DNA of 64,000 nucleotides from Pyrobaculum sp. (GCA_046293555.1 JBKBOT010000004.1:19372-83371); one strand, 5' to 3'; numbered from the stretch's first letter, positions 46,801 through 56,442 are shown. The notes: generated from the sequence alone by a model not told the origin. Numbers and translations are program-made.

Positions 46801-48074
46801 TTCTCCGCTTGTTTTCCAACAGGGTGGATGAAGCCGCCTTGGTGAAAGTCTCACAGAAGAACTACATGGCGAGATTTGCTAACGACGAGGTGACTATATT
46901 TAAACACTGGACTTCCGAAAGCCTTTACCTATACCTAGCGAGGGGGAGGAGGGCCCTCTATGTAAACATGTCTGGAGGGTTGGACATACAGATGTTAGAA
47001 AGAGAGGTGAGACGTCTCTCCACACTGCCGGAAGACCCTCTTTACGTCCCGCTTGGAGGGCCCACGCCTGGCGTCTATCAAGAGCCTGAGGGAGACCCGG
47101 AGAGGCTTGTAGATCTGGTGAAAACCGCTGTGGATAACACGGAGGGGGTGGAGAGAAATGCCGGCGCGGCGCGTATGATTTACTCAACTGTGGAGTATGA
47201 AGACACCGCCGGCCGCACGGGCCGGTATGCGCTTAACAAGATCTTTCTCACCATGAGGTCTTTCGCCGGGGAGCTTTCTGTAACTAACACCGCTGCCGGA
47301 AGGCAGGAGGTAGACGCCAGGAGGCTAGCTGTCGCCAACTCGCAGCTGTTAAGTCTAGCCAGGGGGCTGCCGAAAAGGAGAGCTGAGGCCTCGAAAACAC
47401 GGCTGTTGCTCTCCCCAATTGTCTTTGGCCACCTCATGGGCGAGGTGGCCATGCATTGGGTCAACGGAGGGGAGGTCATAGCGCAAACCTCTCGGTACAC
47501 AAAAGAGGATTTGGGCAAGGAGGTGGCTTCTGAAAACTTGACTCTAGTGGAGACGACTTACTACCAACATGCCTACGGCTTTACTCCTTTCGACTTTGAG
47601 GGAATCCCGCCGAGGAGGGTGGGGATATTCGACAGGGGCGTGTTGAAAGAGTTTATACATAACCGACGTACTGCCGCCAGGCTTGGCGTAGAGTCTACTG
47701 GACACGCCCTAGGGGGTTGGGTCAGGCCCTCGCCTGGACATGTGGAAGTGGCGCCCGGCGATATTCCACACGACGTGGAGATATTAATGACAGAACTGAG
47801 GAGGGGGTATTACATACATAACAACTGGTATACAAGATATCAAAACGTCAAGACCGGCCAGTTCTCCACCGTGGGTAGAGATTTAGCGCTAGAGGTAATA
47901 GACGGGAGGCCTGTCGCCGTTGTGAAGTTTGTCAGAATTGCCGACACTTTAGAAAACATAGTGAGAAATATAGCGGCTCTCTCGAAAGAGGCAGAACAAG
48001 TGTATTGGTGGGATATGGTCGTGCCCGCCACTGCGCCTTATGCGATAATTCAAGACGTCGGGATAACCACGTGA
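46797..48074 (+). CDS. TldE/PmbA family protein
   Basis: Coupled to tldD; FDFEG, STGHA, no HExxxH. Confidence 0.85.
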   Translation: MILRLFSNRVDEAALVKVSQKNYMARFANDEVTIFKHWTSESLYLYLARGRRALYVNMSGGLDIQMLEREVRRLSTLPEDPLYVPLGGPTPGVYQEPEGDPERLVDLVKTAVDNTEGVERNAGAARMIYSTVEYEDTAGRTGRYALNKIFLTMRSFAGELSVTNTAAGRQEVDARRLAVANSQLLSLARGLPKRRAEASKTRLLLSPIVFGHLMGEVAMHWVNGGEVIAQTSRYTKEDLGKEVASENLTLVETTYYQHAYGFTPFDFEGIPPRRVGIFDRGVLKEFIHNRRTAARLGVESTGHALGGWVRPSPGHVEVAPGDIPHDVEILMTELRRGYYIHNNWYTRYQNVKTGQFSTVGRDLALEVIDGRPVAVVKFVRIADTLENIVRNIAALSKEAEQVYWWDMVVPATAPYAIIQDVGITT

Positions 48075-48106
48075 AAATTTAAAAAGCCGCTAATTATATA
48101 TACATA

Positions 48107-48195
48107 GCGGCCGTAGCTCAGCGGGAGAGTAATGCCCCGAAAGCGCCCGGCTGAAGACCGGGCGGTCCCGGGTTCAAGTCCCGGCGGCCGCACCA
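48107..48195 (+). tRNA. tRNA-Phe(GAA) with a 14-nt intron at position 22/23 (48128-48141); CCA encoded
   Basis: Acceptor GCGGCCG/CGGCCGC, anticodon arm CCCGG-CTGAAGA-CCGGG, T arm CCGGG-TTCAAGT-CCCGG; BHB-like CGGG-AG|A...CCCG-AA|A; TTTAAAAA upstream. Confidence 0.92.
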
Positions 48196-49520
48196 TCTTC
48201 TCGATATTACTTTCCTCTTTCATCACGCCGTTTTTCGCCACAGCCCTAAGTGTCGCTCTCCCCTCCATAGCTAGAGAGTTCGTAATTCCCTCTAGCTCCA
48301 CCTTAGGCCTACTGGTGGCATTAACTACGGCAATCGCCGCGTTTGTCCTCCCGGCTGGCCAACTTGCCGACATGAAAGGCTATGCGAGAATATTTAGGGC
48401 CGGCCTTTTGATAGTCCTAACGGGACTTGTCGTAACCTCTGCTGCCCTCACGCCGGCGTGGCTTTACGCCGGCTTGACTATAGCCGGCTTAGGGCTCGCC
48501 ATGGTGTTTGGCAGTAACAACGCCTTGTTGATCCAGTTGGCGCCCCCGGGGAGGCGGGCGTCTCTAGTGGGGCTAAACTCCATGGCGGTATATATAGGCT
48601 TGGTTTTAGGCCCGCCGACAGGCGGCATGTTGGCTGAAATAAGCTGGAGGCTAGTCTTCCTGCCGGCAATTGCGTTAGGCGTTATCTCTTATCTCCTCTC
48701 TTGTGGCATAAAGTCAAAGGGGGCTGCCGGCAGGTTAGACCTCCTGGGGGCAGTGGGGTGGGGCGCCACGGCCGTCTTGTTGATACTTGGCACGCAGAAA
48801 TACCAACTGTTGGCCTTTGGGCTTTTGGCCTTGTTGTTAACTCTATTGGCAGAACGCAAGGCTGTAAACCCGCTTATAGACCCCGCCTCTTTTAAAAACG
48901 TGGTTTTTTCAGCCTCTGTAGCTGCCTCGTTTTTAAATTATCTCTCCACAGCTGCCCTCATCCCCGTGTTGAGTCTATTATTTCAGGAGACATACGCCCT
49001 CTCCCCCGGAGTGACCGGCTGGATACTCGCCCTACAGGCGTTAGCCATGGCCGTGTTAGCCCCCATATCGGGGAGAATTAGCGATAGGCTATCCCCGCCC
49101 GCTGTGGCCACGGCAGGTTCGGCCGTATTGGCCGGAGGCCTCCTGTTATGTGCCCACACGCCCCACCCAATGTGGGCTATCCCCTCCCTGTTTATAATCG
49201 GCGTCGGCTTTGCCCTCTTTATAGTTCCTAACACCACAATTATACTCACCACAGCCGCCTCTAGAGGCTTTGGGTCGGCCGTAGTTGCAACATCTAGAGT
49301 ATTAGGCCAATCTATGAGTAACGCCCTGGCCGTATATATGTTAAGAGATGTCACGCCTGAAGAAGTGGCCAAATTGTTGTTCTTACTAGTAATCTTTGCA
49401 GTGATGTCAGCCTTCCTCTCGGCAGTTCGCCTATCTAAAGTCAGGAAGGGGGCTTACAGCTGTCTGCAAGACTTAAGCTGTCTGACGGCAATATTAAAAC
49501 AATCTACATTAGCCCATTAG
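48132..49520 (+). CDS. MFS drug/H+ antiporter (DHA2-like); start uncertain, frame overlaps tRNA-Phe
   Basis: SVALPSI, PAGQLADMKG, G.VLGP..GG.L...SWR.VF, SGRISDR. Confidence 0.8.
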   Translation: MPRKRPAEDRAVPGSSPGGRTIFSILLSSFITPFFATALSVALPSIAREFVIPSSSTLGLLVALTTAIAAFVLPAGQLADMKGYARIFRAGLLIVLTGLVVTSAALTPAWLYAGLTIAGLGLAMVFGSNNALLIQLAPPGRRASLVGLNSMAVYIGLVLGPPTGGMLAEISWRLVFLPAIALGVISYLLSCGIKSKGAAGRLDLLGAVGWGATAVLLILGTQKYQLLAFGLLALLLTLLAERKAVNPLIDPASFKNVVFSASVAASFLNYLSTAALIPVLSLLFQETYALSPGVTGWILALQALAMAVLAPISGRISDRLSPPAVATAGSAVLAGGLLLCAHTPHPMWAIPSLFIIGVGFALFIVPNTTIILTTAASRGFGSAVVATSRVLGQSMSNALAVYMLRDVTPEEVAKLLFLLVIFAVMSAFLSAVRLSKVRKGAYSCLQDLSCLTAILKQSTLAH

Positions 49521-50042
49521 CCCCCAGTCGGGCACTTTAAAGTCCTTACGTAGGGGGTAGAGGGGCTTTCCGGTCTTCTCGTCTATACAACAGTCTGGGT
49601 CTAGTAGAAACCTCTTGCCCATATGGGGGTTGCCCTCAAACCAGATGCCAAACATCTCGTGGCATTCTCTCTCGTCGTAATCTGCAGAGGGGAATATGTC
49701 GGCAATGCTGTCTATCTTCGGGCTGTCTCTAGGTATTTCCGCCCGGATGTGTAAAAGCTGGCTTCTCAACTCGGGCGTTAGATAGGAGGCAAAGACGTAT
49801 ATCACCAGAAGTTTCCTCTCTGCCAGATAGTCCACGGCGCTTAGTGACAACACGTGGTCAAACCCCAGTTTCTTCACGGCGGCGGCCACCTCTCTGATCT
49901 TCTGTGGGGGCACCATTACGCAGAGATGTCCCTCAGGCGTCACGCCGTGGTTAAGAAAGCTCTCCCCCAACGCCTCTCTCACCTTTTGGAGTAATGTATG
50001 TTCTCCCGCCTGTGGGCACTTGGGCGGAATTTTTGCCGACAT
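49509..50042 (-). CDS. nuoC: Complex I-like subunit C
   Basis: ERECHEMFGIWFEGNP, YPLRKDF. Confidence 0.9.
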   Translation of the reverse strand: MSAKIPPKCPQAGEHTLLQKVREALGESFLNHGVTPEGHLCVMVPPQKIREVAAAVKKLGFDHVLSLSAVDYLAERKLLVIYVFASYLTPELRSQLLHIRAEIPRDSPKIDSIADIFPSADYDERECHEMFGIWFEGNPHMGKRFLLDPDCCIDEKTGKPLYPLRKDFKVPDWGLMG

Positions 50043-50043
50043 G

Positions 50044-50595
50044 TTACCCAGAGCGAGGCGCAGTTGTTGGAGGCGGCGTGGGCTTTGCCGGCGGCAAATA
50101 GGGGGCGAGGTCTATCTTGACGGGCTCTATGTGGGGCCCGGGGGCGCCCTTGATCTTATTGTGCACCATGATGAAAGCTCTTATCACTGCCTCCGGCGTG
50201 GGGGGACAGCCGGCTATATATACGCTTACGGGGACCACGGTGTCTACCTGTACCACGTGGTAGGAATTCCAGAAGAGGCCGCCCCTCACGGCGCAAGCCC
50301 CCATGGCCATCACGAACTTGGGCTCCGGCATCTGTTCATAGACCTGTTTCAAGACTTTTGCCATCTTTCTTGTGATTGTTCCCTCTACTAGTAACACGTT
50401 GCACTGCCTCATGGTGTGAAATGGGAGCACCCCCCAACGCTCGGCGTCAAAGCCGGGGGCAGACGTGTGGGCCACTTCTACCCCACAACAGCTGGTGACC
50501 AGGTGGACAGGCCAGAGGCTCCACCTTACCCCCCATTTGAACAACTTTTCTAACTTAGCTCGTTTTAACAAAAATTCCCTCAACGCTTGAGACAT
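50044..50595 (-). CDS. nuoB: Complex I-like subunit B
   Basis: TSCCGVE, QMPEPKFVMAMGACA, GCPPTPE. Confidence 0.93.
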   Translation of the reverse strand: MSQALREFLLKRAKLEKLFKWGVRWSLWPVHLVTSCCGVEVAHTSAPGFDAERWGVLPFHTMRQCNVLLVEGTITRKMAKVLKQVYEQMPEPKFVMAMGACAVRGGLFWNSYHVVQVDTVVPVSVYIAGCPPTPEAVIRAFIMVHNKIKGAPGPHIEPVKIDLAPYLPPAKPTPPPTTAPRSG

Positions 50596-50633
50596 GTCGA
50601 TAGAGATGAAATTACTTTAAATATGTTTAGACG

Positions 50634-51572
50634 TCACCAGGTGGTGTATATAACCTGTTGGGACAGCTCCCACCCCAACCTGTCTAAAAGCCTCCAGTGT
50701 TCTTCCGAAAGGCTCCAGCCGACGGCGCCCACATTGTCTACAACCTGTTCTGGCGTCTTGGCGCCGGGGATGGGAAGTACCGTGGGGTCTCTAGTAAGCC
50801 AGTTGAGAGCCACCTGTGCCGGAGTCTTGCCGTAAAGTTTGGCAATTTTGATAAGCTCGTCTATAAGTGGGTCAACTTTTTTTAGATTTTCCCCCGTAAA
50901 GAGGGGGTCGTTCCTCCTCACGTCTTCAAATGTGGTCACGGCCCTATATTTGCCTGTCAGCAGGCCTTTCGCCAAGGGGCTCCACGCGATTAAAACAATG
51001 CCTTCCCGTCTTAAATATGGCAGTAGTTCTTTATCTGCCTCCCTCTCGACTAGGTTATACCTATTTTGTGAAGATATTATGTCTACCTTCGAGAGACATG
51101 TCCGGGCGTATTCTAGCAGCGGCTTGGGGAAATTACTCACGCCGACGTATCTCACGAGGCCTCTATCCACCAGCTCCTCTAGTGTCTTCATCGTCTCGCA
51201 TATCGGCGTGTTGTGCCAACAGGCGGGCCAATGTATTTGATATAGATCTATGGCGTCTACCCCAAGCCTCCTACGTTGGTTCTCTACAGACGCCAATATG
51301 TCCACCCGCCTTAGCCACTCCCCATGTATCTTAGTGGCGATATATACCTGATCCCTTACGCCAAGCTCTCTGACGGCACGGCCTAGATACTCCTCGCTCC
51401 TCCCCCGGCCGTATATAGCCGCCGTGTCGAAAAAATTTATGCCCACCTCAACGGCTTTAGACACCACCGCCTTTGTCTGTTCATATGTGAAATTCCCCCA
51501 TGCGTCTCCTGAAAACTGCCAAGCCCCCAGCCCAATGCGGGACACCTCCATATCCGACTTTCCTAACTTCAT
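50634..51572 (-). CDS. Aldo/keto reductase
   Basis: IGLGAW, FDTAAIYG.G.SE, DLYQIHWP, GVSNF, SPLAKG, IPG. Confidence 0.93.
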   Translation of the reverse strand: MKLGKSDMEVSRIGLGAWQFSGDAWGNFTYEQTKAVVSKAVEVGINFFDTAAIYGRGRSEEYLGRAVRELGVRDQVYIATKIHGEWLRRVDILASVENQRRRLGVDAIDLYQIHWPACWHNTPICETMKTLEELVDRGLVRYVGVSNFPKPLLEYARTCLSKVDIISSQNRYNLVEREADKELLPYLRREGIVLIAWSPLAKGLLTGKYRAVTTFEDVRRNDPLFTGENLKKVDPLIDELIKIAKLYGKTPAQVALNWLTRDPTVLPIPGAKTPEQVVDNVGAVGWSLSEEHWRLLDRLGWELSQQVIYTTW

Positions 51573-51606
51573 AAAGATTTTTAAAACTCGCCATTTTTAA
51601 ATACAG

Positions 51607-51717
51607 GCGGCGGTAGTCTAGCCTGGTTTAGGATGGCGGCCTTCCACGCCGCTGCGAGGAAAGCCGTTGATCCCGGGAGGGCAAACCCCGGGAGTTCGAA
51701 TCCCGGCCGCCGCACCA
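51607..51717 (+). tRNA. tRNA-Gly(TCC) with two introns: 37/38 (51647-51661) and 53/54 (51678-51694)
   Basis: Acceptor GCGGCGG/CCGCCGC-ACCA; removing both segments restores the anticodon arm GCGGC-CTTCCAA-GCCGT and T arm CCGGG-TTCGAAT-CCCGG; both fold as BHB-like motifs. Confidence 0.9.
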
Positions 51718-51973
51718 GAACTCTCAGCCGTAACCAACCTTGTGGCGTCTGGCCCTGCGGCTAAAGGCCCTCCAGACGTCTTTACGCCCACAGCTGCATA
51801 ACTGTCGTTCTTGTCTCAAGGGCTCACCGCCGGGTTTGGCGTTAGGCGGCCTAGCCGTTCCGGCATACGCTAGGCCCTTCGTGGGGCCCCTCGCCCCGAG
51901 CGGACGGGAGCCGCCACGGCTGTGCCAACCTCCCCCACGTCGCGACCTAGAGCCCTCCACGCCGCCGGGGACC

Positions 51974-53014
51974 TTACGCTAGAGAGCCCCATATCACTAA
52001 CGCCCTGTGGTGCCTTCCGCCTCGCAGATTTTCGTAGGCCTGGTTTATCTCCTCTGGCTTGTATCTATGTGAGACAAGCCGCCTTGGGTCTATCTTGCCT
52101 GCTGCCGCCAGTGTGAGTAACTCGGGGATGTCTACCCTGGGCTTGTACCCCAAGCTGCCTATAATCCTTATGCCATTTATCACCAGGTGGCTTGCCGGCA
52201 TTTCTACCTGCGAGGTTCCGAGCCCCGTCACCACGATAGTTCCACCCCTCCTCACCACCTCTAGCGCAATTTTTAAGTCGGGGTTAGGCTTGGTCTCATA
52301 TACCACGTCGAATCCTTGGGGCGCCAGCTCTCTAGCTTCCGAAATGGGGTCTTTTCGGGCATCTACTGGATGGGCCCCCAGTTCTCTAGCCCTCTCCAGC
52401 GCTAGGGGCCTCACGTCTACAGCCGCTATTGGGCTTGCCCCCAGGGCGGAGGCCAGCTCCACGGCGGCGAGGCCCACGCCGCCTACGCCTATTACCACTA
52501 GCGAGGCGCCAGGCCCCACGCCTGCCTCCCGTAGCGCTCTATACGCAGTGCCGTATGCACAGGTTATAGTGGCCGCGGCGTATATGTCGAGATTTCTGGG
52601 TATGGGGAATATGGCCGCCTCTGGGGCGGCCATATATTCCGCATGTCCCCCGTCTAGGCCTACTAAGCCGGGCATCCTGCCGGCGGCGTAGGGGCAGTAG
52701 TTTTCCTGCCCCCGGGCGCAGTAGACACATTTGCCACATGGGATTATCCAGGAAACTACCGCCGGGTCGCCTGGAGAGAGGCCATGGGGGTTTTCGCACC
52801 GAGGCCCAAATTCTACAACCCAGCCCGAAACCTCGTGGCCTAGAATAAACCCTCCTGGGGGTGGTATCAGCTCGCCGTCTATTATGTGGAGATCTGAGTG
52901 ACATATGCCCGTGGCCGCCACCCTTATTAAGACCTCCCCCTCCCCGGGGGTGGGTTTTTCTACTTCGGCTAGTTCTAACGGCTGACGTGGGGCTTTAAAT
53001 ATGGCGGCTTTCAC
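51974..53014 (-). CDS. Zn-dependent alcohol dehydrogenase
   Basis: GICHSD, GHE, CGKCVYC...C, GVGGVG. Confidence 0.93.
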   Translation of the reverse strand: MKAAIFKAPRQPLELAEVEKPTPGEGEVLIRVAATGICHSDLHIIDGELIPPPGGFILGHEVSGWVVEFGPRCENPHGLSPGDPAVVSWIIPCGKCVYCARGQENYCPYAAGRMPGLVGLDGGHAEYMAAPEAAIFPIPRNLDIYAAATITCAYGTAYRALREAGVGPGASLVVIGVGGVGLAAVELASALGASPIAAVDVRPLALERARELGAHPVDARKDPISEARELAPQGFDVVYETKPNPDLKIALEVVRRGGTIVVTGLGTSQVEMPASHLVINGIRIIGSLGYKPRVDIPELLTLAAAGKIDPRRLVSHRYKPEEINQAYENLRGGRHHRALVIWGSLA

Positions 53015-53412
53015 AGACCTAGCTTTTGGGCCTCTTTTATCATGGCGAGGGCGGCTGTGGCGTATTGGACCAATGTGGCAAAACTCCCCCTTTTCAACTT
53101 AATTCTACCCAACGCAATTGCTGGAATTGGCTGAAATTTTCCAGTTATTACATCTATCCACGTCTTGTAATCCGCCTCAAGTATGTAGGGGGCCTCCACC
53201 CTGTCGTCTGTATAAAACTCAACTCCATGACAGGCGCCATGGCTGAGGCGGAACTTCACGGCGGCTTTTTCACCGACGCCCACCTCCTGCGGGATGTTCA
53301 CCACGAGGAAGGCTATATCCCACACCCACCTGGAGGCAGATGTGCGATATTCTGGAGAGTTGTTTAAATTACTACAAAACGCCTCAGCCCACTCCCTGTC
53401 TGGAAATTTCAC
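53011..53412 (-). CDS. SCP2 sterol/lipid-binding domain protein
   Basis: FP..EW, LN....Y, A.Y.TW..VI.G...P..A...G.IKL..G. Confidence 0.75.
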   Translation of the reverse strand: MKFPDREWAEAFCSNLNNSPEYRTSASRWVWDIAFLVVNIPQEVGVGEKAAVKFRLSHGACHGVEFYTDDRVEAPYILEADYKTWIDVITGKFQPIPAIALGRIKLKRGSFATLVQYATAALAMIKEAQKLGL

Positions 53413-53464
53413 ATAACGTCATAAAACTTTGAATATAAACGTTGTGATATAATTATGGCCGCCC

Positions 53465-53617
53465 CCGGGCTGTCTGTTGGAGGGGCTTATGGTGTGTTTA
53501 TAAACGCCCCTGGTGGGTGCCCAAGCCCTGAGGGCTTAGGCAGCCCCGTGCCGCTATCCACCACCCACGGCGCCACTTCCCATGGGCGTACGTAAATACA
53601 AACAGACAACAGCCCGG
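53465..53617. ncRNA. Putative structured intergenic RNA or miniature element
   Basis: Closing stem CCGGGCTGTCTGTT / AACAGAC(AAC)AGCCCGG plus internal hairpins. Confidence 0.3.
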
Positions 53618-53681
53618 AGTAAAATGGACATTATAGTTGCGTCTGTCGAGGGACATGTCTGGCGATATGTCGCCGTGAATC

Positions 53682-54440
53682 TCATCTCGACTTGTCTTTA
53701 ATATGTCTTTCCAGTAGTATGTCTAGCGACTTTTTTTCTAGGCTGCCTAACGTTTTCTGGAGGGCGGCACATCCCGCGGCGTCGCTGTTTTTACATGTCT
53801 CATACCGTCTTAACGCCCTTTCTGCAGTCTTTTCGTCAATGCCCTCGCCTCTTCTTGCCAACGTCTTTAATGTGGATAAGGTCTCCATGACGCAATCCAC
53901 GTCGGGGCCTTGCGTCTTTTCTATAGTGCCGTCTTTCTTATAGATGGTGATATATACGGTACAGGTGTCGCCGTCGTAAGACATCTCCACCCTGTCTGTG
54001 TTGCGTCCCGGAATTTTTCTAGCCGCCAGAGACTCCTCGACGCTAGCCGCGTATTTTAACAGCTTTATCCCAAGCCGTACTGACCTCCTGTCTAGCCGCC
54101 CCAACAGCTTATAGGCCACATTTTTCAGGTCGAGTATCTCCTCTGCTGTAAGCTGGCTGGGCTCCTTGTCGAGAATCTCGTCTACCTTATCTAGGTCCTC
54201 CGCGGTGAGGGGCCCCGCCGCAGACATGTTTTTTATAAGGGCGGCCTCCGCCGTGGTGATAAGCCCTTTTGACACCAGGAGGGAGGTGAGAAACTCGAAG
54301 AGGAACTGGTCTCTCTCCCGTTTTCTAATCAACTCCGCGTAGAGGGGGATTAGATATATCTCAAGCGACTTTATGAGCCGGTAGGTCAGTAGGCCTAGAG
54401 CCACCACAGCTGCGGTAAGTATGTACAACAACAACTCCAC
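53682..54440 (-). CDS. Hypothetical protein with N-terminal TM
   Basis: 252-aa ORF, no recognised motif. Confidence 0.7.
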   Translation of the reverse strand: MELLLYILTAAVVALGLLTYRLIKSLEIYLIPLYAELIRKRERDQFLFEFLTSLLVSKGLITTAEAALIKNMSAAGPLTAEDLDKVDEILDKEPSQLTAEEILDLKNVAYKLLGRLDRRSVRLGIKLLKYAASVEESLAARKIPGRNTDRVEMSYDGDTCTVYITIYKKDGTIEKTQGPDVDCVMETLSTLKTLARRGEGIDEKTAERALRRYETCKNSDAAGCAALQKTLGSLEKKSLDILLERHIKDKSR

Positions 54441-54481
54441 GGGGGTTGGGGATTAGAAATATAAAAATGTTGTATAGTACT

Positions 54482-55006
54482 GTGAGCTGGAATCTTGTGG
54501 TGGCTACCGGCTGGAGGCAGGAGAGGCTATGCATAGAGGAGTTGTATAGAATTGGAGACATGTTGGCAAGACGGGTAGAGGAGGTGTGGTTTACCGGCTT
54601 TGACGGTCTGCTTACCGCAAGAGTGGGGGGAGACCCTGTGGAGTTTGTAAAACTGCTTTCCGACATGGTTCAAAATAGTTACTACATACCGCGGTATGTG
54701 TTAAGAGCCACGCCTATAATGGCGGTGGTGAGGACAGATCTAGACGAGATTCAAAAAGCTGTGGGCGAGCTGGCGGGCCGCCACATCTCGGAGGGGGAGA
54801 GCTTTAAGATCGAGCTGAAAAAACGTGGAGTTAAATACGACAGAGTTGCCGTCATTGAGTACGTGGCTAAGGCTGTAGACAGGAGGGTAGATTTGACGCA
54901 TCCAGACAAGATAGTCTGGATAGAGATGTTTCCAAGCAAGACCGGCATCTCGGTCATCAGGGAGGGGGAAAACTTCTCCCTAATGAGGGCCAGGTCTGCC
55001 ACATGA
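54482..55006 (+). CDS. THUMP-domain RNA-binding protein
   Basis: ESFKIELKKRG, RVDLTHPDKIVWIE; start (GTG 54482 or ATG 54467) uncertain. Confidence 0.85.
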   Translation: MSWNLVVATGWRQERLCIEELYRIGDMLARRVEEVWFTGFDGLLTARVGGDPVEFVKLLSDMVQNSYYIPRYVLRATPIMAVVRTDLDEIQKAVGELAGRHISEGESFKIELKKRGVKYDRVAVIEYVAKAVDRRVDLTHPDKIVWIEMFPSKTGISVIREGENFSLMRARSAT

Positions 55007-55587
55007 GGGAAGTCACTATAGGCGGCAGGAGGGTTTTATACCTAGAAGAAGGCGCCGGGGAGCCGTTGGTGCTTCTACACGGATGGTCTTTTAACTCAGA
55101 CGACTGGGTGCGTTCCGGCATTTTCCACAAGCTGGCTAGACACTTTAGGATATACGCTGTGGATATGCCTTACGGCCTTAAGACTAGAAGTGACCGCTTT
55201 AACGCGCCCCGTAGAGAATATGCGAAATTCTTGCGGCAGATACTAGACGCCCTGGGGCTAGAAGACCCGCCGCTTGTGGGGCCCAGCGCCTCTGGAGAGG
55301 TGGTGTTGTGGTACGTGGCGTTGGGGCTTCCCGCCAGGGCGGCCGTCGTGATAGGAGCCGTGGGCCTCACCGCAGAGCTTCTAGCGGGGCTTTCTCAAAG
55401 CAAAACCCCCATATTGGCCATATGGGGGGAGAGAGACCACATATCGCCGCCTGCTAACGCCAGGCTTCTTGAAGGCAGGGCGAGGGTTGTAGTCATCAAG
55501 GAGGCGGGACATGCGGCGTATTTAGACAAGCCGGAGGAGTTCGTGGCCGTGGTTTTAGACTTCCTGCGCCCTCAAGGCCTCGGCTAG
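55003..55587 (+). CDS. Alpha/beta hydrolase
   Basis: LLHGW, GPSASG, WGERD, GHAAY. Confidence 0.88.
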   Translation: MREVTIGGRRVLYLEEGAGEPLVLLHGWSFNSDDWVRSGIFHKLARHFRIYAVDMPYGLKTRSDRFNAPRREYAKFLRQILDALGLEDPPLVGPSASGEVVLWYVALGLPARAAVVIGAVGLTAELLAGLSQSKTPILAIWGERDHISPPANARLLEGRARVVVIKEAGHAAYLDKPEEFVAVVLDFLRPQGLG

Positions 55588-56442
55588 CCTTACAGCCTGT
55601 TTACTCTCTTTAGGGTTATGTGTCCTCACCACATGTGCCCCATGTAGCACCGCCACTGCCTCTGCCGCCACTGAGGCCGGCATAACCTCGTCGGGGTTTT
55701 CCACGGCTGTGATCTTCCTGAGGAATGACTTCCGCGAAATGCCAACAAGTAGGGGCTTGCCTAAAGCCCTCAGCTGCCTCAAGTGGAGAATGAGGTGGAG
55801 GTCCCACCTCCACCACGGCCACCTAACGTCGCCATGTCTATACTCGCCTTTTACCACATACGGCTCGTCTCCTGGCGGCAGGAGGGGGAAGCCGACGCCG
55901 GGGTCTACTATTATCTTGCGTGGATCTACTCCACATCTTTCAAACCGCTCTGTAGATTCCCTAAGCGCGTTGGCTACCCTCTCTATGGGCGTCCCCCCTG
56001 TCGGCTGTCTCTCTCTAGCTACAAGCACGACGGAGGCCCCGTAGTCAGCCACCACTTTACACATCTCTGGATATAACCTCCCCCCCGTGACGTCATTTAT
56101 GGCGGCAGCGCCTGTCCTCAAGGCGTATTCAGCCACCTTGGGCCGGTAGGTGTCCACAGAGATGGGCGTCTGGAGGCTGCCCACAAGTTCTGGCAGCACT
56201 GCGGCAAGTCTCTCCAGCTCTCTCTCTGGCGGAATCCACGTCTCTAAATACGGCGCTGTGGACATAGCGCCTACATCCAGGATGTCTGCATATTGTGCGA
56301 GCTCTCTTGCTCTCTCCACGGCGTTTTCTATAGCCACAGACCTCTTGTAGAAAGACTCTGGGGAGAGGTTTAACACAGCCATTATTCTAACTGGGTGGCT
56401 ATCTCCCACGTTAATTCCCCCCAGCAGGCCTTCTATAGGCAT
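55555..56442 (-). CDS. folP: Dihydropteroate synthase
   Basis: IMAVLNLSPESFY, DVGAMSTAP, SVDT, DPG.GF, GISRKSF, VRTH. Confidence 0.9.
   Translation of the reverse strand: MPIEGLLGGINVGDSHPVRIMAVLNLSPESFYKRSVAIENAVERARELAQYADILDVGAMSTAPYLETWIPPERELERLAAVLPELVGSLQTPISVDTYRPKVAEYALRTGAAAINDVTGGRLYPEMCKVVADYGASVVLVARERQPTGGTPIERVANALRESTERFERCGVDPRKIIVDPGVGFPLLPPGDEPYVVKGEYRHGDVRWPWWRWDLHLILHLRQLRALGKPLLVGISRKSFLRKITAVENPDEVMPASVAAEAVAVLHGAHVVRTHNPKESKQAVRLAEALRAQEV

Noticed and set aside
53456-53596. 46-codon ORF MAAPGLSV... over the structured element
   Set aside because: Gly/Pro/Ser-rich and not protein-like; better explained by base-paired GC-rich sequence
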